Source of the DNA: Phycisphaerae bacterium
Lineage (GTDB): Bacteria; Planctomycetota; Phycisphaerae; UBA1845
Direction: 5' to 3'
Length of the DNA: 24,000 nt
Assembly: GCA_040235375.1 (NCBI GenBank)
Contig: JBECKQ010000014.1
Location: forward strand, 12,368-36,367
Shown here: piece after piece, positions 16,955 to 24,000 of the stretch
Numbering within the stretch: position 1 is the first letter of the stretch
Layout of the letters: every line of letters begins with the position of its first letter
Notes under the pieces: model-generated
Database searches by the model: none
What the model saw: the letters and a program-made list of their open reading frames with translations, nothing else
What the model was told of the DNA's origin: nothing
Program-made: the position numbers and the translations under genes

Positions 16955-16978
16955 TATAATTCCGGACCCAACCGGACC
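16955..16978 (+). promoter_or_regulatory. Perfect TATAAT hexamer followed by the CCGGACC-N3-CCGGACC direct repeat, upstream of the first 7-TM gene
   Basis: TATAAT at 16955-16960 in a locally AT-rich island. I found no convincing -35 element at 17 +/- 1 nt. CCGGACC occurs at 16962-16968 and 16972-16978. Confidence 0.3.
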
Positions 16979-17031
16979 GATTGAAAATAATGGAACGGCC
17001 CGTACGAAGATCCCGGCAGGAGACTTGAGCC

Positions 17032-17868
17032 ATGGATCATACGTCCATCATGGACCAGCTCATCAACCAGCTTCAGGAGCTCATCGAGCTCGGCCGGCTG
17101 CACTTGCCGCCGAACGCGATCCCGCCGCCCGTCTTCACCGGCGTCGTCATGCTCCTGTTCGGCGTGGGTATCGCCGTCCTCGGGGCGCGCCTGGCGCGCT
17201 GGTTCATTGCCGTGGTCTTTGCCGTCGGGGGGATCACCGCGGGGCTCGCTGTCAGCCGTGATTACGGCGTGAACCCGCTCCTGAGCGGATTGGTCGGCAG
17301 TCTCGTGCTCGGCTCGTTCGGCTACGTGCTGCACCGCCTGTGGGTCGGCCTCTTCGCCGCCGTCTTCCTCGCGTCGATCGCCATGACCGCGCTGACCGCG
17401 CAGGAGGTTCTCCCCTATCTGCCCGACTTCGCTCGCGCCGAGACGGCTACCGCCCCCGCAGAATTCCATACCGGTACGGGCGAACCGCCGCCCGCTGTCG
17501 ACTGGCATCACCTCAACGAATACCTGCGCAACTTCGGCGACTACGTCGTCGCCCGCGAGCCCAACATCAGGCTGCACGCCGGACTGGCCGTCATTATCGC
17601 CGGCCTTGCCGGGTTGCTCCTGGGCGTCTTCTTCGTGCGCCTGACGCTCATCCTTTTCACAGCGGCATTCGGATCGATTCTCATCGCTTCGGGTATCGGA
17701 CTCCTCGGTCCGGCGATCGGTATCCAGGTTTATCAGACCGCGGCCAGCCGACCGGACGTCACACTGCTGGCGTTAGTGTCGTTTTTCATCGCCTCGCTCG
17801 CGATTCAGACAATTCTGACCCGGCCCGGCTCGCGTACCGCAAGTGCCCCCGCCAAAGTAGCCGATTAG
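17032..17868 (+). CDS. Hypothetical glycine-rich polytopic membrane protein (about 7 TM), paralog A
   Basis: 278 aa. AGGAG RBS lies 9 nt upstream of ATG 17032. An amphipathic N-terminal helix is followed by 4 TM, a soluble loop of about 60 aa (QEVLPYLPDFARAE...NIRLH), then 3 TM. I recognised no catalytic motif. Confidence 0.8.
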   Translation: MDHTSIMDQLINQLQELIELGRLHLPPNAIPPPVFTGVVMLLFGVGIAVLGARLARWFIAVVFAVGGITAGLAVSRDYGVNPLLSGLVGSLVLGSFGYVLHRLWVGLFAAVFLASIAMTALTAQEVLPYLPDFARAETATAPAEFHTGTGEPPPAVDWHHLNEYLRNFGDYVVAREPNIRLHAGLAVIIAGLAGLLLGVFFVRLTLILFTAAFGSILIASGIGLLGPAIGIQVYQTAASRPDVTLLALVSFFIASLAIQTILTRPGSRTASAPAKVAD

Positions 17869-17921
17869 ATTGTAGATTTGTCGCAAGTCCTGCAACTTCT
17901 CGCCGGGTGAGGGAACAGTCC

Positions 17922-18551
17922 GTGTACCAGTATATCCAGCATTGGCTGTACTTCCTGAATGTTTCAGACAGTCTGATTGGCATTCCGCTCTGCGCCGCGG
18001 GCGTGGCCCTGGTTATCGCGGGCTGGCGGATGTGGCTCGTGGTCGGCATTATCAGCCTCGGTGTCGTTGGCGGTGTGCTTGGGCACATGGTCGCCGTTAA
18101 GAACCCCCACGCCGTTTACTACGCGATTGCCGGCGCCGTGCTCTTCGGCCTGGTCGGATTCGCATCGCCGCGCAACGCTGCAACACTGCTCGGCGGTATT
18201 ATCGGTGGTGTGATCGTGTCCATGTTCCTTGGCACGTTGGGCCTTACGGGGTCCCTCCAACAGTTGGGGATGGTGCTCGGCTTCGCCGCGGCGATGGCAT
18301 TCGCCTACTCGAATCGGCAGCAGATCGTCGCGATCATCACGTCGGTCGAGGGTGGCATTCTCCTGATCTCTGGATTCGCCGTCCTGGTCCGCGAGTGGCC
18401 CTTCCTGAACGGCTTCTTCAATTCGATGGTTCGGCACAGCCCGCTCATGGTCATGTTCCTGATTCTCGTGCCCAGCGTTATTGGCGTGTTGCTGCAACAG
18501 GCCGACGCCGCTCGCGCCGGCATGAAAGAGCAGCAAGGCACGACCGCTTAG
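17922..18551 (+). CDS. Hypothetical glycine-rich polytopic membrane protein (about 7 TM), paralog B
   Basis: 209 aa from GTG 17922, with GAGGGAA 6 nt upstream (GTG 17907 is an alternative start). The TM1-TM2 pattern AAGVALVIAGWRMWLVVGIISLGVVGGVLG parallels GVGIAVLGARLARWFIAVVFAVGGITAG in paralog A. The tracked ORF start at 17340 is an Arg-rich artefact overlapping the previous gene. Confidence 0.75.
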   Translation: MYQYIQHWLYFLNVSDSLIGIPLCAAGVALVIAGWRMWLVVGIISLGVVGGVLGHMVAVKNPHAVYYAIAGAVLFGLVGFASPRNAATLLGGIIGGVIVSMFLGTLGLTGSLQQLGMVLGFAAAMAFAYSNRQQIVAIITSVEGGILLISGFAVLVREWPFLNGFFNSMVRHSPLMVMFLILVPSVIGVLLQQADAARAGMKEQQGTTA

Positions 18552-18570
18552 CAGCGGTTCTGAAGCAAAC

Positions 18571-18595
18571 AACCGCGAGCCCCCCGCTCGCGGTT
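18571..18595 (+). terminator. Stem-loop terminator candidate after the second 7-TM gene
   Basis: AACCGCGAGC-CCCCC-GCTCGCGGTT is a perfect 10-bp GC-rich stem with a 5-nt loop, 20 nt after the stop at 18551. It is followed by ATTCAT, a weak U-tract. Confidence 0.55.
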
Positions 18596-18708
18596 ATTCA
18601 TCCATACGCGTCCGGCGAACTCCCTCGCGAAGCTCGCCGGGCGCGCTTTATCATGGCTGCCGCCTGCCTGCGAGAAGCCGACGACCTTGTGCGATCGGGC
18701 GCCACGTC

Positions 18709-18717
18709 TGCTATGAT
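18709..18717 (+). promoter_or_regulatory. Extended -10 promoter candidate (TGCTATGAT)
   Basis: This matches the TGnTATAAT extended -10 consensus at 8 of 9 positions, about 40 nt upstream of ATG 18759. Confidence 0.3.
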
Positions 18718-18758
18718 CCGCATCCCGACGGATCGCTTCTTCGCAGCAGGAACAGGCC

Positions 18759-19559
18759 ATGGAGCACCGCAAACCGGTCGGTCTGCGCAGTGACGACTTG
18801 AACCCCGACGTGAAAGACGCCTTGCGCGCGGCGCGGCAACTGGGTTTTGCCGCGGTCGAGCTGTCGGTGGACAACCCGCAGGTCGCACCGGAAGCGATCT
18901 CGGAATCGGGGCGCCGCCATCTCGAGCGCTTGATCCGTAGCAATGGCCTCGACTTCGCGGCGATTGCCGGCGAGTCGCATTGCACCGGCCTGGCGGATGC
19001 TTCACACGTGGACGAGATCATCGAGCGGTCCGGCCGAACGCTCCAGCTCGCGGCGGACATGCACGTTCCGGTCGTTTCGCATGATGTCGGCGATCTGCTC
19101 GGCCTGTCGGATCGCGAACGTGAGACGGCCCTCGCCGCACTCCGCGAAGTGGCAGCTCGCGCCGATCGCTACGGCACGATCTACGCCGTTCGCTCGCGAC
19201 TGACCGACCCGGCCGATCTCGCCCGGCTCATCGACGGCGTCGATTCGGAGCTGCTGCGTATCGCGATCGATCCCGGCGCTCTGCTGATGGCGGGTTTCGA
19301 TCCCAACGAATCCGTGGCATGCTTCGGCAAGCGCATCATCCACGCCTACGTTCGCGACGCCAGCCGGGGAACGTCCGAGCACGCCGGCCAGGAGACGGCG
19401 CTCGGCGCCGGCCGGCTCGAGCTCGACGCGTACGTCGCGGCGCTGCATGCGGGCGGCTACAGAAGGCCGTTCATCATTCGGCGCGCGTCGTCGCTGAACC
19501 CAGCCCGCGATCTTGCTCATGACCGCGACCAGCTGGCCGTTCATCTGCTCACGCCCTAG
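18759..19559 (+). CDS. Xylose-isomerase-like TIM-barrel protein (sugar phosphate isomerase/epimerase family)
   Basis: 266 aa. N-terminal LRAARQLGFAAVEL, followed by alternating beta-alpha periodicity with HD/E/D residues, is typical of the AP-endonuclease-2 / xylose-isomerase-like TIM-barrel fold. This is a family-level call only. Confidence 0.6.
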   Translation: MEHRKPVGLRSDDLNPDVKDALRAARQLGFAAVELSVDNPQVAPEAISESGRRHLERLIRSNGLDFAAIAGESHCTGLADASHVDEIIERSGRTLQLAADMHVPVVSHDVGDLLGLSDRERETALAALREVAARADRYGTIYAVRSRLTDPADLARLIDGVDSELLRIAIDPGALLMAGFDPNESVACFGKRIIHAYVRDASRGTSEHAGQETALGAGRLELDAYVAALHAGGYRRPFIIRRASSLNPARDLAHDRDQLAVHLLTP

Positions 19560-19748
19560 TGAATGGATCGATCGGCGAGCCCTTTCGAGCTGGCTGAGAC
19601 GGGACGTTACGCTCATTTAATGTGCAATTAAGTCGAGATTAACTCCCGCCGTCATCGTACTGATTAGAGGGGAAGTGCGGAGGTTCGAAGGCGGGGGGCG
19701 AACCTGAGTGCATCGCTGCGAAGAAGGTCGAGGCGGAGACATGCGCTG

Positions 19749-20390
19749 ATGTTCCATAACCGGACAGAAGCCGGCCGAATGCTTGCTGAGAAGCTCGCGG
19801 AGTATCGCGGGCGAACCGATGTCATTGTGTTAGGCCTGCCGCGCGGCGGCGTACCGGTCGCGCACGCTGTTGCGGAAGCACTGGACGCAGCCCTCGACGT
19901 TTTCATCGTCCGCAAGCTCGGCGTGCCGGGCCACGAGGAGCTGGCCATGGGCGCAGTGGCACTCAACGGCACACGCGTGCTGAACCGCGGCGTGGTCGAG
20001 TCGCTTGGCATTCCTCAGGCGTCAATCGAAGTTGTCGCCGCGCGCGAGCAGAAGACCGTCGAAGAATACGCGCGGCAGTTTCGAGGCGACCACCCGGCGC
20101 CCGATGTCAGCGGCAAGACCGTAATCCTCGTGGACGACGGCCTGGCGACGGGCGCTTCGATGCGGGCGGCTATCTCCGCGATCCGCGCCCAGGCGCCGGT
20201 CGAGATCGTTGTCGCCGTACCGGTCGCGCCGCAGGACGCTTGCGAGAGCATCCGAAAGACGGCGGACACGGTTATATGTCTGCGCAGCCCGGAGCCCTTT
20301 GGCGGAGTGGGCGCCTGGTATGCCGACTTTTCGCAGGTATCGACTCAAGAGGTTCGCGAGCTGCTCTGTCGGGCAAGGCGTGCGGCGTGA
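19749..20390 (+). CDS. Phosphoribosyltransferase-family protein (type I PRTase fold)
   Basis: 213 aa. N-terminal F-x-N-R-x-E-A-G-x-x-LA and VLGLPRGGVPVA, plus the PRPP-binding loop TVILVDDGLATGASM. It resembles the stand-alone putative PRTases that are fused to a dienelactone hydrolase in Rv0571c-type proteins. Confidence 0.85.
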   Translation: MFHNRTEAGRMLAEKLAEYRGRTDVIVLGLPRGGVPVAHAVAEALDAALDVFIVRKLGVPGHEELAMGAVALNGTRVLNRGVVESLGIPQASIEVVAAREQKTVEEYARQFRGDHPAPDVSGKTVILVDDGLATGASMRAAISAIRAQAPVEIVVAVPVAPQDACESIRKTADTVICLRSPEPFGGVGAWYADFSQVSTQEVRELLCRARRAA

Positions 20391-20435
20391 TGAAGCAGCC
20401 GAGGTCGATGAGGATTCCGCCGGAGTGATGAAGTC

Positions 20436-20831
20436 ATGTCAGTCTTCGACGTCCCGCAAGAGCGTTGGGCGGGCTTCTGCGAGGGATTCTCGCGGAAGTA
20501 CGGGGGCAAGGTCGTGTCGATCGAGGTACTCACAGGTCCGCGTGGGCGCTCTACAGACAACGGCGAAGCCCCCACAGCAGGCAGGCTCGTCGATAACCTT
20601 GCGTTGAACGAAATCATCGCGAAGCAGGAACGCAACGCCGAATTCGTAATCGTGGTGGGCGGCCCCAAAAAACGCCGCGAGCTCACCATTCCGAACGCGT
20701 CCCGACTGCAACTTGATCAGCCGAGTCCAGAGTCCAACGGAATGCTGTGTATCGAGTCGGCGGACGGGCTGCGCGCCGTTATACGCTTCAGTGAAAGCCT
20801 GGTACCCGGCGTGCTGGACGGCGTTGCCTGA
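20436..20831 (+). CDS. Hypothetical protein (131 aa), function unknown
   Basis: ORF with a GGAG RBS upstream of ATG 20436. It has protein-like composition with no TM segment or signal peptide. It sits between the PRTase and hydrolase genes on the same strand with short gaps. Confidence 0.65.
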   Translation: MSVFDVPQERWAGFCEGFSRKYGGKVVSIEVLTGPRGRSTDNGEAPTAGRLVDNLALNEIIAKQERNAEFVIVVGGPKKRRELTIPNASRLQLDQPSPESNGMLCIESADGLRAVIRFSESLVPGVLDGVA

Positions 20832-20877
20832 CGCGCGAACTTGCAAGGTGGCCATAAGCACCGCCTTGAGGAGGTCA

Positions 20878-21552
20878 ATGATGAAGTCCTCAATTGAAAC
20901 AGGTCACTCGGAATCTGTAACTATCGAGACACCGTGGGTGCATCTGGAGGGAAACCTGGTTCTCCCTTCCCGGGCGGGCTGCGTGGTGCTCTTCGCGCAC
21001 GGAAGCGGCAGCAGCCGGCACAGTCCGCGGAACCAGGCCGTCGCCGCCACGCTGAACCACGCGGGGCTCGGCACGCTGCTGTTCGATCTGCTCACCTCGA
21101 GCGAGGAGCAGGTGGACCTTCAATCCGGACGCCTGCGGTTTGACATCGACTTGCTGGCGCAGAGAGTCATCGGGGCGCTCGACTGGTGTGCGAAATCGCC
21201 GGCCACGAAGAACCTCACGATCGGGTGCTTCGGCGCGAGCACGGGAGCGGCTGCGGCCATCATAGCCGCTGCCGAGAGGCCGCACGCGGTCCGCGCTGTT
21301 GTCTCGCGCGGGGGCAGGCCGGATCTCGCTTCGCGCGCCCTGCCAGAGGTCAAGGCGCCCACGCTGCTTATCGTTGGGGGAGAGGACCGGCCGGTAATCC
21401 AGATGAACCAGGATGCGCTCCGGCAACTCCGCTGCGAGAAGGCTCTGGAGATCGTCCCGGGGGCCACGCATCTTTTTGAGGAGCCGGGGGCGCTTGAAGA
21501 GGTCGGCAGGTTGGCGGCCCAGTGGTTTGCCGATCACCTCACGGGCGAGTGA
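20878..21552 (+). CDS. Dienelactone-hydrolase-type alpha/beta hydrolase
   Basis: About 224 aa. VVLFAHGSGSSRHSPRN, the nucleophile elbow GCFGASTGAAAA (G-x-S-x-G) and the C-terminal GATHLFEEPG (catalytic His region). GAGGAGG RBS at 20867-20873. ATG at 20878 or 20881, and the tracked start at 20713 overlaps the previous gene. Confidence 0.85.
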   Translation: MMKSSIETGHSESVTIETPWVHLEGNLVLPSRAGCVVLFAHGSGSSRHSPRNQAVAATLNHAGLGTLLFDLLTSSEEQVDLQSGRLRFDIDLLAQRVIGALDWCAKSPATKNLTIGCFGASTGAAAAIIAAAERPHAVRAVVSRGGRPDLASRALPEVKAPTLLIVGGEDRPVIQMNQDALRQLRCEKALEIVPGATHLFEEPGALEEVGRLAAQWFADHLTGE

Positions 21553-21612
21553 TCAATTCGCAGCGTGGGGAAAGCTCGGGGCGGCAGGCAAGCGATCGCG
21601 TCGGCGCGCGGA

Positions 21613-21642
21613 TTGACAAAAATCAAAGTCGCCCGCTACATT
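21613..21642 (+). promoter_or_regulatory. Near-consensus sigma70-type promoter
   Basis: TTGACA (21613-21618), an 18-nt spacer, then TACATT (21637-21642). It lies about 85 nt upstream of ATG 21727. Confidence 0.45.
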
Positions 21643-21726
21643 CGCCGCGACTGGCAGCACAGTCCTCCAGCGGTCCAGCAGACCGTGTCCACCAAACGCC
21701 CGAGGGGGCAGAAAGGCTGGATTTTC

Positions 21727-22221
21727 ATGCCTAAGAAGCTGAAGAAGGCTGTCCGCGCCCTGCGCGAAGTCTCCCCGAAACTCAATGAAGCGACCAACGC
21801 GGCGAACGACGTCGTCGAGCAGGTCGAGAAGTTTCTCAACGACGAATGCAGCATCGGCCTGCCCTGCTGGATTCTGGCCGAAAAGGTCGCCCCGGAAGAC
21901 GGTCCGACCGGGCAACACCTCTGGCTGGGCTACGATCGCATCAATGGCAAGTTCCGCATTGCCGTCGAGCAACTCGTCGAGCACGGCGACCGCCAGGAGA
22001 GCCTCGGGCCGCAGCCTTGGGCGTCCTGCCCGCGCGACGTGAAGCTGACTACGCTGCACAAGCTGCCGAAGCTCCTCGACACGATCGCGGAGGAAGCCCA
22101 CAAGATGGCCGAGAAGAACGACGCAACCGTCGAGGCCGTGCAGGAGATTCTGGGCGCCATCAGCCAGAACACTGGTGAAGAGAGTGGCGAAGACGACCGC
22201 AGCGAGAACAACGGCGACTAG
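21727..22221 (+). CDS. Hypothetical protein (164 aa) with a basic N-terminus and an acidic C-terminal tail
   Basis: Starts MPKKLKKAVRALREV at ATG 21727. The composition is protein-like (helical N- and C-terminal regions, central LWLGYDRINGKFRIAV beta-like segment). It ends in the acidic tail GEESGEDDRSENNGD. I recognised no family. Confidence 0.6.
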   Translation: MPKKLKKAVRALREVSPKLNEATNAANDVVEQVEKFLNDECSIGLPCWILAEKVAPEDGPTGQHLWLGYDRINGKFRIAVEQLVEHGDRQESLGPQPWASCPRDVKLTTLHKLPKLLDTIAEEAHKMAEKNDATVEAVQEILGAISQNTGEESGEDDRSENNGD

Positions 22222-22264
22222 CCCTGCCCGCGTCGTGCCCCCATCCGCGCTCCACGCGTGCGCG

Positions 22265-23833
22265 TCAGGAAAACAGCCGACCGGTGATCAGCCTCATCTC
22301 GCTCTCCCGAACGTCGAAGAAAGCCCAGATGAGGCAGGTTGTCGCGATCTGCATCGCGCCGATCACAAGCAACATGCGCGCCTGGCGTGGTTCCGGCCTG
22401 CGGAACTCGGGGAGCCCAAGAGCCAGACCGACGACGACCAAAGGCAAAAACGCGATCCACAGGCGCGGCGTCTCCAGAGCGGTGTAGAAAGACGAGTAAA
22501 TCATCACGACCACAGTGGCCGCGAGCAGCGCCCGTCCCGGTCGGGCATCGGCGTCGATGAGCGGTACTCGAACCCTGCGGATCGACAGGTACCAGACACC
22601 GCCTCCCGCGAACAGAGCGAATATCAGCCATTGCCCGCCGAGCCAATACCAAGGCGGCCTCCCGATCACATCGGTGACGCGCTCGTAGCTCGCCAGCGTT
22701 GCCAAGAGGGTGGCCGGTACGTTCCATCCCCAGACAAGCCATGCCGCCAGGCAGGCCGCAACCAGCGCCCCCGAGGCCGGCAACGCCGTGAAGAGCACAA
22801 GGTCTTTCCACGCCCGTCGATCGCCCCGGGCAAGCCATCCCGACGCAACTGCGACGATGATCGCGATCCACGCGTGCACCAGCCCCACGCACAACCCGAC
22901 GGCCAGGGCAAAACCTGAAACGATCGCCGGCAGCCATCGCCGCCTTTGGCGCGAAGACAGCCAGCCCCAGAGAAATGCGCTGATTGTGAGCAACTGCACC
23001 GGGTCCTTCCCCGGCGAGAAGCATGCCGTCGCCGGGTTGAATACGCAGATCAAGGTTACGATCGCAGCCGGCAACGGCTCCAGCCAGATGGCGGCGAGCG
23101 CATAGACAAACACCGTGGCCGCCACCCAGGCGAAAAGCAGGACCCATCCTGTCAATAGCGTCTGCGAGACCGTTTCGGCTTCCCTGCCATCGCGCAGATC
23201 CGCGCCTTGGGCTTCCAGCAGCCAATGGGCGAAGCCCCACCGGTGCTGAAGAAAACTCCGAACGCCGTAGGTCAAAAGCGTGATTCCCGGTGGATTGCTG
23301 AGCACGCGCGTGCCGAGCTCTTCCTTCGGCGAGGCTTCCAGCCGTTCAGGAAAGTGGGCAAGGTAGTTGGAGGCCGACTCGATCTTCCATGACTCGATCA
23401 CGAACGCCCCATCGTGCGAGGGAGACAAGAGGTTGAACACGTTCTGCTGGAGTGCCTTCGGGCCCGCCCACACAGCCCATAGCGCGAGCAGCATGGTGAT
23501 GAGCATTGTCAGGACCAACATCGCGGCATGGCCGAGCCGGAAGATCCGCTCCGCGGGAGCCACAACGATTACCAACAAAACGAGCAACAGCGGCACGGCG
23601 GACGCCAGTAACCTGGCCGAAACAAGGTGGGAATAGCGGTGAAGATAGAAGTCGGGAGACCCCAAGGGCACGCCGAGCAGATACAACAAGGCGACCGCGA
23701 TCACGGGAGCACCGAACGCCGCCACGAGTACTCCGATGCTCGGACGTTGCGCCGCCGATAGCGATTGGCCCTGCCGGCCGAGCAATGGTGAGCTCATGCC
23801 CACCCGGCTGGTGGGAACCTGATCACTGCTCAT
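22265..23833 (-). CDS. Polytopic integral membrane protein (522 aa, at least 12 predicted TM), function unknown
   Basis: The long minus-strand ORF has many hydrophobic, Trp/Leu/Ala-rich helices and one extended loop (PKALQQNVF...PPGITLL). Its overall shape recalls large GT-C-type or polymerase-type membrane enzymes, but I could identify no diagnostic motif. Confidence 0.75.
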   Translation of the reverse strand: MSSDQVPTSRVGMSSPLLGRQGQSLSAAQRPSIGVLVAAFGAPVIAVALLYLLGVPLGSPDFYLHRYSHLVSARLLASAVPLLLVLLVIVVAPAERIFRLGHAAMLVLTMLITMLLALWAVWAGPKALQQNVFNLLSPSHDGAFVIESWKIESASNYLAHFPERLEASPKEELGTRVLSNPPGITLLTYGVRSFLQHRWGFAHWLLEAQGADLRDGREAETVSQTLLTGWVLLFAWVAATVFVYALAAIWLEPLPAAIVTLICVFNPATACFSPGKDPVQLLTISAFLWGWLSSRQRRRWLPAIVSGFALAVGLCVGLVHAWIAIIVAVASGWLARGDRRAWKDLVLFTALPASGALVAACLAAWLVWGWNVPATLLATLASYERVTDVIGRPPWYWLGGQWLIFALFAGGGVWYLSIRRVRVPLIDADARPGRALLAATVVVMIYSSFYTALETPRLWIAFLPLVVVGLALGLPEFRRPEPRQARMLLVIGAMQIATTCLIWAFFDVRESEMRLITGRLFS

Positions 23834-23901
23834 ACTGCAATCTTACAGGCGATGGAGTCACTCGCCACGCGTCGCGCGCGAGTTGCCGCCCGCGGCATCG
23901 G

Positions 23902-24000
23902 CTATGCCAGCGGGCCGGTGACGCCGAGCCATCGGTAGTGGGCCTTGGCCGGATGGGCACTGCCGACGCGTTCGACACCGCGGTCCGGATTCGCCGCCAG
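23902..24000 (-). CDS. 3' end of an unidentified minus-strand gene (partial, runs off the window end)
   Basis: The reverse-complement reading frame is open from the window edge (...LAANPDRGVERVGSAHPAKAHYRWLGVTGPLA*), with its stop complement at 23902-23904. It lies 68 nt upstream of the 522-aa gene start. It is too short to name. Confidence 0.3.
   Translation of the reverse strand: MAANPDRGVERVGSAHPAKAHYRWLGVTGPLA

Noticed and set aside
17340-17921. N-terminal 194 codons of the tracked 403-aa ORF overlapping the first 7-TM gene
   Set aside because: It lies out of frame within a hydrophobic, protein-like gene. Its translation is extremely Arg/Pro-rich. A proper RBS plus GTG at 17922 begins the hydrophobic part.
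22175-23240. + strand 247-aa ORF (22175-22918) and minus-strand 340-aa ORF (22218-23240) overlapping the 522-aa membrane protein gene
   Set aside because: Both give Arg/Pro/Gly-rich non-protein-like translations. The 22265-23833 frame gives coherent TM helices along its full length.
1-24000. Search for CRISPR arrays, tRNA/rRNA genes, transposases, integrases, terminal inverted repeats and prophage or defence-island signatures
   Set aside because: I saw no regularly spaced direct repeats, tRNA cloverleaf/T-loop signatures, rRNA-like conserved blocks, or recombinase/transposase-like ORFs. The window reads as core chromosome, with a mildly accessory right end.

Overview
GC-rich bacterial chromosomal window (clearly above 60% GC by inspection, not computed). 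Almost every gene is on the + strand. It falls into three blocks.

(1) 1-3590: a late-flagellar filament and regulation block, flgL (5'-truncated by the window edge)-fliW-csrA-flagellin. The flagellin ribosome-binding site lies inside a CsrA-type A(N)GGA hairpin, and the csrA leader is GGA-rich.

(2) 3591-4543 is about 950 bp with no credible ORF but several perfect palindromes. dprA follows, then a compact and atypical dcw/peptidoglycan cluster, murE-murF-mraY-ftsW-murG-murC-murB-ddl-ftsQ (5820-16882). murD is missing from its usual mraY|ftsW slot. There is no ftsL/ftsI directly upstream of murE. Nothing resembling ftsA/ftsZ follows ftsQ. That position instead holds two tandem, apparently paralogous glycine-rich 7-TM proteins, closed by a strong stem-loop terminator. 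This architecture fits an FtsZ-less lineage such as Planctomycetota, but that is inference only.

(3) 18759-24000: a looser block. It holds a xylose-isomerase-like TIM-barrel protein, a PRTase, a small unknown protein, a dienelactone-hydrolase-type alpha/beta hydrolase (a split version of the fused Rv0571c-type architecture), an orphan 164-aa protein behind a near-consensus promoter, and a minus-strand 522-aa polytopic membrane protein.

I recognised no rRNA, tRNA, CRISPR array, transposase, integrase or obvious mobile element. Many long ORFs in the six-frame track are antisense or out-of-frame artefacts of the high GC content.
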